From positions 1 through 33,935 of IMG/VR virus record IMGVR_UViG_3300017778_005313: 33,935 bases of DNA, one strand, 5' to 3'. Shown here piece after piece: positions 10,201-18,700 of this stretch (position 1 is its first letter; every line of letters begins with the position of its first letter). Position numbers and translations under genes: made by a program. The notes below the pieces were generated by a model. It was not told where the DNA came from, ran no database searches, and saw only the letters and a list, made by a program, of their open reading frames with translations. The stretch comes from a virus (Duplodnaviria; Caudoviricetes).

Positions 10201-11772
10201 GCTGGCATGAAGGCTTACGGCGGAGCTTGCGATTACTCCGGCGTGGTTTTCGCTGGCGTCGATAAACCCCGTAGAAGTAGTCCCATCAAAGGGAAAGAGG
10301 TGTGAGACTTGTGAAAAGAAAGGGTCAGCAGGGCCTCTTGTAGGGAATGGTTCGGCAGGTAGCGCGATGGTGCGTTCAACGTTTCCGGTGAGGCGCACAT
10401 CGCTCAATTTCCCCACGAAAGCACGACCCTGAATTGCGCAGCTGTGCCCAATAACTAAACGAGTGGGTTGAAAACCTACTCCGAAAGCGGTTCCGGCTAC
10501 AAATTGTCCGTCTATACCCAAGAAATGAAAGTGATCTGGCTCAGATCGGTGAATCCAGCTTACAAAAGTCCACCGGTTTAGCTGTACGGGTGCTTTCACG
10601 TTCTCATATCCGGTGACTAGATAGCCTTCGCTATCCACGGAAAGCGAATACACTTCGTAGTTTTCGGGATTAAATACAGTGTAGTACTGGTCAGTCGCCG
10701 GGTAGCTTGTCAAGTAGATCCAGAACTCTATGGACACAGTCCCCGAAACACCGCCGCCATGGAAGTTAGTAACTCCATCCACCGTAATACCTGGCGCTGC
10801 CCCCGTTCCATCGAAAACGGCACAACCGTTCCCAAAGGGGCCTCCCGTGCCGCTTAGAGTCACCCCGGAGGAAGCCAGAGTAGATACGAAGTCACTTTCG
10901 TCAACCACTGCTGAAGTTATGTAGCCGTCCAGGGGCAGGAGAAGCTGAACTTTCGAAAAATAAGGGTCGTAACTCGGAACCTCGGACGGGGGCGGAAAAG
11001 TTTTGTAAAAGTGGCCCAACGGAAGCTGAGAAGTTAGGCCCCATTTCCAGGCGAGGTAACCTTCTATTCTTTGTCTGGTGCAACCGTCAGTGCAATTAGG
11101 GAATACAATGAACTCGGCCAGGTTGAACACACCGAAACTTTCTTCCGGGTAACGTTTACCGAGGAAATAACCCCCGGGGCTTGTGCTCACCGTTGCACCA
11201 GTTGTTGCACTTGCTGATTGACTGCCGTTCGCGTAGATATAGAGATCTGTACCGGAACGTCCCGCAACGTACAGCATGGCGGGCAGGATTGAGAGATCCT
11301 GTTGGCAAGAAGCCGCGTGGTTCAACGTAAGCCCGGAATTTCCTTGGTTAATCGTAAATTGCGAAGGGGAAGTGAAATCTAGGCCGGGACCCGTTAAGCT
11401 GAATATGCCGGAATTTGTTCTAATTTCAGGGTATAAGGGGTACGTCATCACCATGGCGACGGAATACCCCAGCAAATTAAACGTTGCTAAGCTGTTTACA
11501 AGCAAGGATCCATTGAACTTCAGGACAGGCCTACCCCCTAGAGCGGGATCTGATGCGTAAACAGGGGGCCCACCGCTCAGGGTGAGATCACGGTACGCAT
11601 GAAAATCGTTGCCCGACAGGTCGTTCCATGTCTCTACATTTACTCCGTCGCGAATCACAGACCCTCTCTTAGAGGCATCCAGCCATAGTCGCGGGTTTAA
11701 CGACGCAATATACGGGTCAACCGGGGTGTCAGTGCCACTCGATCCCGCAAAGAGAAGACTTTGTATCCCCAT
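4288..11772 (-). CDS. Giant multi-module lectin/LamG (concanavalin A-like) tail adhesin, 2494 aa
   Basis: N-terminal ConA-type module (LWLDAS...IEGYLAWKWG); eight modules starting DP[YFH]F..V.LLL (one as NPPFYPV) with FT[IL]E.W, W.H/F and GRxxxxRxT.G motifs; one legume-lectin-like module (GADG, SARTG..TNRH); two copies of a ~135-aa PPYTPTAIAP...AIYCDGVLITD module. Start overlaps the upstream stop (TAATG). Confidence 0.85.
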   Translation of the reverse strand: MGIQSLLFAGSSGTDTPVDPYIASLNPRLWLDASKRGSVIRDGVNVETWNDLSGNDFHAYRDLTLSGGPPVYASDPALGGRPVLKFNGSLLVNSLATFNLLGYSVAMVMTYPLYPEIRTNSGIFSLTGPGLDFTSPSQFTINQGNSGLTLNHAASCQQDLSILPAMLYVAGRSGTDLYIYANGSQSASATTGATVSTSPGGYFLGKRYPEESFGVFNLAEFIVFPNCTDGCTRQRIEGYLAWKWGLTSQLPLGHFYKTFPPPSEVPSYDPYFSKVQLLLPLDGYITSAVVDESDFVSTLASSGVTLSGTGGPFGNGCAVFDGTGAAPGITVDGVTNFHGGGVSGTVSIEFWIYLTSYPATDQYYTVFNPENYEVYSLSVDSEGYLVTGYENVKAPVQLNRWTFVSWIHRSEPDHFHFLGIDGQFVAGTAFGVGFQPTRLVIGHSCAIQGRAFVGKLSDVRLTGNVERTIALPAEPFPTRGPADPFFSQVSHLFPFDGTTSTGFIDASENHAGVIASSAVSLHASGGPFGNGCASFNGLNYGTTEPPITLPASDKNILSDYDFSMEVWIYLYDYPEEGSTYYIFSNTGGRHNLRVNSAGLLQFNNTVSTPNQVPLGTWVFVHVYGFQATGVMSAYMDGVFQRSDNTGSFWDMQTDFVIGQLAGTNSGRFKGLMSDFRLTLGRVRCSSNVPTASFPTRSPVEPDPYFDVVSMLLQPTNEVNGSTTFTDRSSNELLITGNGAPKWDTGSTLFCEPTVLLNGSTDWLTVNSTNFVNMRYDDFTIEAWVKPTSGSYGMIDARPNTNVNNFALAFRSPNNSPLGIFRDGPWQPDETHDYGTFRHIQWVRESGINRLAVNGVVAPNTYPYASTFAADGASVQIGRLVEEDNYLLNGRIGSMRVTKGIARPFTVPTGPFPTFGSYSSDPYFNYVFALIRPTGRQDSTTVVDYGPTARTINNNGVTKDTSYSKFNTGSLSFPGESALNGLYIPNFQLFSGYTLVYECWVQPWAWTTDPEGDPLFDFSASGSESSARLTILIKEDGRITTRYNYAFGSRTEALALNTWAHFAFTIDLGGTLTAYVNGVASMTRTGVFIEGVNNLFIGRMVDAAHPSLHANLEEVRITIAPTLRYTENFTPPHAPFSTTQGSPVYLINDDFSSTPPNATLVGSAYISGGECVLTPVAQYQGGDLVYDFLANSPTAFEASFYYRSFEGTGADGTSFNYGVIISSGAELGIVVPGLAICLVEFNGPQRIIIKMNSVAIATIFTPVISSAYQLYTCFVDKNGILSIERDGTLIVEQLDLGYTYIAADKSDWQFALSARTGLHTNRHSVRSFSVRVNSVRNGFLRPPYTPTAIAPLGGATYGGTGDDNLGNPFNGPSNIKARLSGRGGIVFGPNNRPYAYTTLEVLMTLDADCGYLVVNGIITTLRLEATLNSGGNIPALFTYQMPAPDFIRTINTTSGVGVVTGVYAIYCDGVLITDSDAPLLKNPPFYPVRLLLPLDGSTSSTIVDASLTSNTVSSSGATVSSTGGPFGNGCVVFNGISEGVNLTPSAQYVIGRNFRVVDGSYLFNSAHYTIETWVCIDAYPAPGDWATIFSTGETQAITSLSINSEGVIDYVGTAQFAGMELRRWYFVCINASGTSNKIFIDGQLVANYGSYYNSTSQKMSLGQIPDSTLPRFTGRLSNFRYTLGLARDGSIVPSAPFLTEGPSQPPYTPTAIAPGGGATYGGYGDFNLGNLFNGLANTKTVLRGQNGIIFGTNNKPWANTTLAIRMALDADSGYLVVNGVTTSVRLAGPTPGGWGGTPVLFTYAMPAPAFITSISTTAGNGAAIGAYAIYCDGVLITDFPPPEIDPYFANVQLLLKMDGANGSTVFTDSSPAQKVVTAVRSATISTNESRFGNSSAYFEPSGGLASWIQTDGSDVTFTGGGTIEFWAKGTGHFFYKGTHGIDEQLGLWAFGTGVTFGSNSGDYSYSEQCVFDPSSWQHIAVAYSASESCMRVFINGVIVISSIRGTIDSEGLLTIGGAIFNSPAFPFTGYIDEFRYTKGICRYVSNFTPPTEPFPTQGPRPPDPHFGYVSLLLKMQNGVVGGSTFTDLSLLNRSIVATGDIKITDANSKFGTTSAVVNTLGSYLDISNATYIGDLTWECWWSPKVTEPIAGYRWLFLLNGSLVGLTLSDDGGPRRFFVGPPYYATNGEGGASFVFGEWYHLAMTVQENTVRTFINGVLYQVGELYPISGALPLRVMWHFSGSNGNFGYIDSMRETTGVARYITDFTPPTEPFPTQGPPLLDPDPYFSSVELLLPLDGSTSSTIFDASNNANTISSSGATLSSTGGPFGNGCAVFDGTSPGIIMTPSAQYAIGYTGSEVNAFTLEVWFYLTALTDTGELTVIFDGGEYLSQLYIQDSTIRYGVGVVALENEVQLNTWYFVSIVHSSPNLKIYVNGALELNFNYPWTDLGATSQNMSIGPNPAAGYRGITGRISNFRYTLGEARDGSIVPTDNFPTF
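4312..6761. repeat. Near-identical ~64-bp direct repeat (about 4312-4375 and 6697-6760) at module C-termini
   Basis: 25-bp perfect core ggggacaatcgagccgtcgcgggct followed by agggtatagcggaaattgct...tcttccggtaa in both copies. Confidence 0.85.
4946..5637. repeat. 38-bp perfect direct repeat (4946-4983 and 5600-5637) encoding the inter-module linker FTPPTEPFPTQGP
   Basis: gggccttgagtggggaaaggctcggtgggtggggtgaa is identical at both positions. Confidence 0.9.
6263..7752 (-). repeat. Two copies of a ~135-aa domain (about 6263-6663 and 7355-7752) inside the adhesin
   Basis: Both run PPYTPTAIAP.GGATYGG.GD.NLGN.FNG...LDAD.GYLVVNG...LFTY.MPAP.FI...YAIYCDGVLITD; DNA at the ends is nearly identical (gtccgttatcaacactccgtcgcagta). 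Confidence 0.85.
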
Positions 11773-12557
11773 TAGGTTAGACCCGAGCCCGAAACGATAA
11801 AAGTATCAACGTTCACGCACAAGATTGTTGCGATGCCTCGCGGCAGAAGCGTTCTGGTTCCTACTAAAAGCGTTCCAGCAAAGTAAATAATTACGCCAGA
11901 GGCTCCGAGTATAGAAAGGTCTAAAAGGGAGTTATTAACCACGCTAACCACGTCGCCAGGAACAAACACCGAGGAAGGGATAGTGACGGGCGAGCCGTTG
12001 CTGTTAATGTGCTTCCCCGTATCCGTAGCCGCCAGCGTGTATGCTGAGGTTGCTACAACTTGGGGTATCTGTCTCGACCACTGCGAACTGCCCCCGCCAG
12101 CCAGCGGGAGCCAGGATGCGCCATCGCTGTACTCCCATTGCGGGATCTGGGTGTTGTAGCGAAGCTGCCCAACGTAGCTTGAAGCAGCGGGTCGGGCGGC
12201 GGTATTCCCGGCAGGCAAAAAAGCAGACCCAGCCATGCCGGAGGCATTCTTAGGAACACCCGTCAGGGGGGTCAGTGCTTTTAGGGCATCTGTACCTGTT
12301 GCCGCTTCGAGCAGCGTCGCGATTTGAATGCTTCCGACGGAGGAGTTTGTCGCCGCATTTATGGAAATCTCTGAAGACGAGGTGCCCGTGCTCACGACTA
12401 TTGGTAGAAGTCCGGTAACAGTGGTCCCTCCCCCTTCACTCTGTAGGCGCCAAGTTGACGTTGCGGCGTTATAGATGTAGCTATTTACGTTGTCGACGGG
12501 CGGATCCGGAAATTGCTGTCCGTTCACGGGGTTTGTCGGAAAAACGAGAACAGACAT
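11772..12557 (-). CDS. Tail fibre protein / fibre adaptor
   Basis: FPTNPVNGQ...YIYN...W N-terminus, GQLRYNT...WEYSDG..W motif and C-terminal YTL..TD.GK...GTRTL..RGIATILC..SGSGLT, all typical of phage fibre proteins; coupled to the adhesin gene. Confidence 0.7.
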   Translation of the reverse strand: MSVLVFPTNPVNGQQFPDPPVDNVNSYIYNAATSTWRLQSEGGGTTVTGLLPIVVSTGTSSSEISINAATNSSVGSIQIATLLEAATGTDALKALTPLTGVPKNASGMAGSAFLPAGNTAARPAASSYVGQLRYNTQIPQWEYSDGASWLPLAGGGSSQWSRQIPQVVATSAYTLAATDTGKHINSNGSPVTIPSSVFVPGDVVSVVNNSLLDLSILGASGVIIYFAGTLLVGTRTLLPRGIATILCVNVDTFIVSGSGLT

Positions 12558-12580
12558 GTTTTCTCAGCGGGGTTAACGTA

Positions 12581-13324
12581 TCAAACCAGGGGAGTCGTAG
12601 GCGAAACGGGCCAGTTGAAGTATGTTTCGCTCTGAGAATACACATTCAGAGCTTCTTTTGAAGAGCAAGCATTGGCTGCGGCGGTTTTAGCGACAGCTTG
12701 GTCGCGAATCTCTTGGCGCCAAGTACTCCACTCTGTCGGCACTTCAACTTCGGTCTCATACTGACGGACAACAGCCCAATCGGAAGGCAGCAGGAGGGAA
12801 TAGGCGGAAGAGTTGATTGCGTTAACAATGTAAGACTTTGCTGCGTCAAGAGTGTATGCGTAGGGGAAAGCACTCCACACAAACCCGGAAACAGTCTCTA
12901 CAACGGGTCCGGAATTCGTTACAATTTCGGAGTCCTCCCAGTACAGAACCGTATTTGGAGTCGGTTGAGTTGGAGGAACTTTTGAAGTTGTGTTAGGCGG
13001 TTGCGGCCAACCCTTGGCGGTAGAAAGCACCGGTTTTCCTACGGGGTCAACCTTGGAGTAGAAGGTCTTGGGGTTCTCCCGGTAGTAGATTATTTGTGTG
13101 GCGTTGTCGATTTGAGTCTGCCAAGGAGCAACGCTCGTAATCTGCTCAGCAGGGGGGACCTTGCCCGACGCATTTTTCAGAAAACCCACAACGCCCGAGT
13201 TAGAGTAGGTATTGAACTGAACGGTCTGAATCGAAGGGTCAACGCCAGTCATGCTAACGCCTTCAACAGCGTCGCCGTCGAGGATTACTTGGTTAGCAAG
13301 AGGGTTGATAACGATGATGGTCAT
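12581..13324 (-). CDS. Tail fibre assembly chaperone-like protein
   Basis: C-terminal LLLPSDW.V.R..E....P.EW.TWRQ.IRD...WP motif of phage tail-fibre assembly chaperones. Confidence 0.7.
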   Translation of the reverse strand: MTIIVINPLANQVILDGDAVEGVSMTGVDPSIQTVQFNTYSNSGVVGFLKNASGKVPPAEQITSVAPWQTQIDNATQIIYYRENPKTFYSKVDPVGKPVLSTAKGWPQPPNTTSKVPPTQPTPNTVLYWEDSEIVTNSGPVVETVSGFVWSAFPYAYTLDAAKSYIVNAINSSAYSLLLPSDWAVVRQYETEVEVPTEWSTWRQEIRDQAVAKTAAANACSSKEALNVYSQSETYFNWPVSPTTPLV

Positions 13325-13346
13325 TTTTCGTGTGCTCTTTGTTAGA

Positions 13347-13354
13347 TTTTACCC
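13347..13354 (-). promoter_or_regulatory. GGGTAAAA motif (candidate late promoter)
   Basis: 22 nt upstream of ATG 13324; doubles as the Gly-stop (GGG TAA) of the upstream gene. Confidence 0.65.
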
Positions 13355-13675
13355 CTGTGTTCCAGGTAGCGAAAGTTCGGAGATCGTTACGGCTTCAATG
13401 GCTGAGGGACTTACCTGAGCCATGTGGCATAAAAGGACGTTGGCTGCGTCGGCACGCTTCGAGGATTCGTTTCGAAAACTTTCGACTGCTGCAGAAGTGC
13501 TTCTTTGCTGGGCGGAGTTTTCAATTAGCAGCATTGGAAGAAGATTCACGGCACATTGCCAGTTGTCGACTTCTTGCCCTGTATTCGGGTTAATGCCGCG
13601 AACTTGCGTGTACCATTCGCATTTAACTTCGATGCAGTCCCGCTTAAGAAGTGGGCAGTAATGTCCTTTTTTCAT
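13349..13675 (-). CDS. Conserved-type Cys-rich phage protein associated with tail fibre genes
   Basis: CPL...C....C.W...RG.NP.TG..VD.W.CA...LPMLLIEN...QR.T.AAVESFRNE. Confidence 0.75.
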   Translation of the reverse strand: MKKGHYCPLLKRDCIEVKCEWYTQVRGINPNTGQEVDNWQCAVNLLPMLLIENSAQQRSTSAAVESFRNESSKRADAANVLLCHMAQVSPSAIEAVTISELSLPGTQG

Positions 13676-13697
13676 TGTTTTGTCGAAGGGGGGTCTA

Positions 13698-14279
13698 TCA
13701 GGATTTAGTGGCTACGATCATGTTGACATACTTGACGTCAAAATTCATTGTGGCTCCGGCAGTACCGGCATTGTTGGCGGTAATTCCGGGGGTAGCTGAG
13801 TCAATACTAAAACTGCAATCGCCAATGCCCAAGCCGGCAAAAGCGGTGGAGACTCCCTCTATACGACCGGCTAAGTTGGAGGCGTTTGAGGAGTACCCGT
13901 GTGTGTGAGCGGTGTTGCTAATCACGTGAGTGTGCTCTAGAAGAGGTACACTTCGAGCTGAAGTAAACATTGTAGAGAATGTCGCCGAACCCCCGGTTCC
14001 GCCGCCCGCTGTGTTAACCAAACGAATAACGGCATCATTATAGGTAGCGTCTGTAACTTGTACCCAGCCAACTGGAGCCGTTGCTTGTGCAAACACTATC
14101 CTAGTACCGCTGGGGAAGCCTGTACTTCCTACTCCCGCCGCCGTCCAAACACCTACGGTGGGGTCATAGGTGTAAGTATTGCTGTTTGTTGTATTTACTA
14201 GGGGGGTGGAAGAAGTAGAGAAAGTGTAGATTGGTGTCTGTAACGCTGCTTGGGCAGCTGTCGGGAATACTAACGACAT
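13698..14279 (-). CDS. Short tail fibre protein with a collar-like C-terminal domain
   Basis: FPSGTRIVFAQATAPVGW...GGTGGS..F...VPLLEHTH...HTH...MNFDVKYVNMIVATKS; the HxH motifs are typical of trimeric fibre tips. Confidence 0.75.
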   Translation of the reverse strand: MSLVFPTAAQAALQTPIYTFSTSSTPLVNTTNSNTYTYDPTVGVWTAAGVGSTGFPSGTRIVFAQATAPVGWVQVTDATYNDAVIRLVNTAGGGTGGSATFSTMFTSARSVPLLEHTHVISNTAHTHGYSSNASNLAGRIEGVSTAFAGLGIGDCSFSIDSATPGITANNAGTAGATMNFDVKYVNMIVATKS

Positions 14280-14306
14280 CGTATGCGCAGGTCTCTGGTT
14301 AAGTGG

Positions 14307-14314
14307 TTTTACCC
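14307..14314 (-). promoter_or_regulatory. GGGTAAAA motif (candidate late promoter)
   Basis: 27 nt upstream of ATG 14279. Confidence 0.65.
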
Positions 14315-14327
14315 CTACTGGGGGTTA

Positions 14328-15239
14328 TCAATCTTTGGTGCAAGCAAGGATGTCAACGTATTAGACCGCGAAGTCCATGGTGGCTCCGGCGGTGCCGGCG
14401 TTTGAAATTGTTGCCCCGGTAAGCGCGAGTTCCGTGTTTGAAAGATCTCCGTTAAAATTATACGCAGGTTTGTCGAAACCGCCCGAAGCGTTTCCCCCTG
14501 CAAGGGCGAATGGTCTGGCAGGGTTATTAAGGGAGTGAGCGTGTCCGGATCCTTCGCTTAAGACGTGAGAGTGCTGAAGCAGAGGGACGCCACGCGAAGT
14601 GAAGACATCGGTGAAAGATACTGAACCACCTGTTCCGGCCCCTGTACCCGAGACTAGTCTAAGAGCTTTGTTGTTATGCGCCGTTTCTCGCGTCCAGCCT
14701 GCTGGCGCCGTCGCCTCAAGGAACAGCATAGTTGCCCCCGAAGGAATATCACCACTACCCGCACCTCCGGTGGGGGTCGCCTGCACCCACTGAGAAGTTA
14801 CACCGTCGTTGTAACGGACAAACAAGGCACCCAAGGAACTATCCCAATACAGGGATCCGTCGATTGCCTGCGAAGGTGAAGTGCCAATCGCGGGTGCCGG
14901 CGAAATAGTGGGGATGGAAACTTTAATCACATTCCCGGAAATGCTCGTGCCAAGACCAGCCGCAGACACAAAAGTGGAAACCCACGAAAGAGCTCCCCCT
15001 ACACCGCAGGACAGCAAAGTCCCTGCTGCTCCAGCTGCGCTGGGCCAAACGTAATTATTATAGCCGGAGCTGTTGTTGAGTTTGACAACCCCTGTGGAGG
15101 TGCCTGCAACGAACGAAATTGTGCCGTCGTTCGCGATGATTACCCCCTCTCCCCCCCTCTTAACACCTTGAACGGTGTTAGAGAGAACGGCTCCCTGACT
15201 GGAGTCTCCTTGAATAAGCTGTGCTCTTGTAAGTGCCAA
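14328..15239 (-). CDS. Tail fibre protein, paralog of 13698..14279, with an in-frame TAA at 14361-14363
   Basis: TTG start; IPSGATMLFLEATAPAGW...VPLLQHSH...HAH...MDFAV*YVDILACTKD-TGA. The 10 codons after the TAA match the paralog's C-terminus. Confidence 0.75.
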
Positions 15240-15265
15240 AATAAGCCACCAACTCTCGTACTAGG

Positions 15266-15273
15266 TTTTACCC
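15266..15273 (-). promoter_or_regulatory. GGGTAAAA motif (candidate late promoter)
   Basis: 26 nt upstream of the TTG start at 15239. Confidence 0.65.
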
Positions 15274-15277
15274 TACA

Positions 15278-15727
15278 TCACCAGGCGCTGCTAGCGGAAC
15301 GCCGCCAGCGCGTCCCATCGTGCCAGAAGAAAAAAGTTTCATTCATCGCAACTTGTCCAAGGGCGCCAGCATCCGTGTAGTTTGCGGGGACACTCACCCT
15401 GGTAACATTTCCGGCGGTGCTTTTCCAAGAAGTTCCGCCCCAAGCTTTAAGGGTCGGGTAAGTGGAGTTCGTTGTATCCAACCAAAGTTCGCCCAGGGTG
15501 TTCCCCCCGGTCACACCCGTTACTCCGAAATTTGGAGCGACAGACCCAACCGAACAAGGGCCAACTTTGAACAACGAGGCGTTGGTTGAATCCGCGAAGA
15601 AGAAACCCGGTTGACCCGCGTACGTATTCACTGCACCCTGCCCGGGCAGTAACTTATTTGGGTCGGGCCTCTTGTTCTCTACCTCGGAACGAAGAAATTG
15701 AATCGGCGTGACTTGGAGTGGTGACAT
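15278..15727 (-). CDS. Small fibre/adaptor protein sharing the N-terminal domain of the 1583-aa fibre
   Basis: RS....KRP....L..G....NT....PG.FF......KVGP..V...AP...GELW..T is shared with 15783..20534. Confidence 0.75.
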   Translation of the reverse strand: MSPLQVTPIQFLRSEVENKRPDPNKLLPGQGAVNTYAGQPGFFFADSTNASLFKVGPCSVGSVAPNFGVTGVTGGNTLGELWLDTTNSTYPTLKAWGGTSWKSTAGNVTRVSVPANYTDAGALGQVAMNETFFFWHDGTRWRRSASSAW

Positions 15728-15751
15728 AATGAAAGTGACTAGATGTCGATG

Positions 15752-15770
15752 GCCCCGGTAGACCCGGGGC
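15752..15770. other. GC-rich stem-loop in the leader of 15278..15727
   Basis: gccccgg-tagac-ccggggc; followed by only a short T run on the + strand and none on the - strand. Confidence 0.6.
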
Positions 15771-15780
15771 TTTCACTGAA

Positions 15781-15788
15781 CTTTACCC
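15781..15788 (-). promoter_or_regulatory. GGGTAAAG variant motif
   Basis: 53 nt upstream of ATG 15727; doubles as the Gly-stop of the 1583-aa gene. Confidence 0.45.
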
Positions 15789-18700
15789 CTGGAGTGTAAA
15801 ATCGTTGATTTGATTCAGTGCTTCGCCCAACACAATTTGAGTAAGAGGCAAACCCCACTGCTGAATTTCCGCACCGTAACCGGGTTGCGGACAGGTTATG
15901 AACTCGGCATTTGTTACAATGCGCAAGTTGCTGGTTGTCCCTTCGAGCGGGGGCTCAACAAAAGTAATCGTTGAGCCGGTGACGGTATAAGAGACAGTTG
16001 GAAGCTGCATTGCACCGCCCAGACTCACGAAAAGGTTCTCCGCGTTCACAACGTTTGGATTGAGGGGAACGCCGCCAGCCGTCAACGCAAACTGCGTAAC
16101 CGCTCCGTCAAAGAAGGGAGCAATAGTATCCAGAGAGTACACTGCCACCGGTTTCAGTGTTCGCGTAGTCCAGTAAGTGCCGCTGCAAACTGCGATCAGG
16201 TTCAAAGTCGTTCCCGTTGGGGGTACTTCCCCAAGGAAAGTGAACTGAACTTCGGTCGGAGATGTGCGAGTCAGAGAGTAAGAAGCTCCCGAGCCAGGGA
16301 TCTGCTCAACACCGCCAAGGAACATGAAAGTGTTCCCCAAAGTTATATCCAGAGTGGAGATGTTGGCGGTAGAAGTGGCCGTGAAAGAACCGCGAGACCC
16401 GTCGAACGGCTCGTTGAAAGTTAAGGGGACAACAACTAAAGTAGACTCGTTGTCTTCGGTTGTAATCACCCGGATGTCGCAGACTGTACCTGCCATCGGC
16501 GCATCGCTGAACACGATTGAACTGCCCACGAGAGTATAGTTAATCTCGGGCGCCTGCACAACGGCCCCGAGGTTTACAATCACCGACTGGCTATTTAGTT
16601 GGCTAGGGGGAACCACCAGACCACCCCTAGTGAAGTCAAACACACGCTTCGAGCCGTTGAACTGAGACGAGACATTGTCAACCGAGAAAACCACAACTTG
16701 GTTCGGGAACTGAACGTAAGGCTGTTGCTCGTAAAGTTCCTGATTGGTGACGTTAGTGGTCGTTTCCGATTGTGAGTACAGTTGAGACGTGAGACCTTCG
16801 ACTTCGGGACCAAGCAACACGATTTGGCCTTTATTGTCAACACCGGTAATGGAAATTCTTCCGCTCCAAACCGACGTGGCTTGAAAGTCTGCCATGAGTT
16901 TTCTCGGAAGCTCCGTAGTCTGGTACTGCGGGAGGCCGCGAGAGTAATCTAAATAACCGCTGTTGAACCAAGTGTGGGTGTTTGCAATAACGGTTGACGG
17001 CTCATTGAACTCCAAAGGCCATTGCCCCGTCACGGTTGCATAACCGTTAGCGGGAGTTGCTGGCATAGAATTGATTAGAAACTGCCTTTCTCCCCAGAAA
17101 CGGGGGCCCAGGTAGCCCGTCATAACAGAGTTTTGATACCCCATAACCTCGAAAAACCGGAAGATTGAGTATTTCGTGGGTGACCAGTCAGGGTCGTAAG
17201 CAGCCGCGTGGGGGGTTGTATTCGTAAGGCAAGGAGTTACTCTAGTTCCAACCGGCCAGACGATCGGAGCCGCTAGTGTGTAGGGGTCGGGATAAAAACT
17301 GTTTGTACCGTTTAAGCGAATGGCTTGAACTTGGGAGCCCAGGAGGCTAATTACCCGAACATACTCGAACCCGGTGAATTCAGTCCCAAGGCGCAGAACA
17401 ACCACTGTTTGTTTCGGGTTTGGAATGTCAATGCTCGATAGCACAGAGAATTGTATTACGCTCGGTCTGTATCGTTGCGCAAGAGAAGCCGATTGACCCG
17501 TTTGAACCACCGTTGGAACAGTGACGGTTTGCGTATTTACGGAGTTTAAGGGTACGTAATTTTTCAGGCACATTCCCATGCTGTCTGAACTGTCGTCGTC
17601 GTCGTAGTAATTCTGTACGGGGTAGGAAGAGTAAGGGGAAGTGGCGCCTCGGAAGTAGGTTAGATCGTCGTAAACAGTCGGGTCAGGGTAAATCGTTAGG
17701 GGGTCGGGAGCGTACTCCCCCTGGTAGGTTAGGGAGATTAGCTCCTGCCTTTCCAGAGGGCTTGTAGTTACAAACGGAGAGCAAGGTTCAATAGGAGCGA
17801 TTTTCTCGGGCCCAATTGTTTCTGTGAAATCTGTTTGATAGTAAACCGAGTCCCATAAATTGTTCTCGGCGGAGTACCAGTTTCTGTTCTGAAATGTTGT
17901 ATAGGTTCCGGTGGCTTGGTGGGGGACTTGGAGCCAAGGTCTATCGTAGTCCGAAGCAGTTACACTTAGGTAGTAGGTAATGTCTTGGTTGTTATCGGAA
18001 ATAACGTAGTTGAACTGAGGGGAAGCTCCAAGAGAGCCGGTTACAACGTTGTTCACGGTGAAAACACGACCCCATCCCCCCAGGTTACCAGGGTCAAGCT
18101 GAACGTTGGGGCGAAGGGTGGCGGCTCCGAGGGCTTGGCTGGTCTGATTGAGTCGCAGCACGGAGCCAACTTGGGGGGCAACCGCGCTTGAATTGGTGTT
18201 ACGCACCATGAAGCTGTAGGTGCGGTCAAAGTTGTTTCGCGGATCAATGAACCTTCGAATGTAGGGGATTCCCAAAGAAGTTATTAGATCGGGGTCCGTT
18301 GGCACAGTGCTATCTGATGAGCGCACGCGAAGCTGCGACTGAGAAGAATTGCCAGGGTTTGGGCGAACAGTTGGCCCACCATCCGTAGCCAGAAAAGCAC
18401 GATAGGTACAAGCGTCCGTTGCAACCCAAATGGCGCTACCGGGCTTAAGAGAGTAAGGTAGCAGGAAACACGGAGAGAAAGTTGAACTCAGCGTGAGAAT
18501 TTGAATGCCTTCGTTACCTGTTTCTTGAGACACAGAGACAATTCGCGACCCCAGAGTAAGAATCTCTTTGTTGCGGGAGTCCTCAACTTGCGGTTGGGAT
18601 AGAGCCAAAGGATTCTGGATACCCTCGAACAGGAATCCTCGTCCATTAGGGTAAGCGCCACCGATGGTGCTAATTCCGTTGAAACCTTCTGCCTTGATGG

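Noticed and set aside
14361-14363. Genome-wide stop-codon reassignment
   Set aside because: TAA, TGA and TAG all end genes cleanly next to downstream starts, and long ORFs are intact under the standard code; only one interrupted gene was seen.
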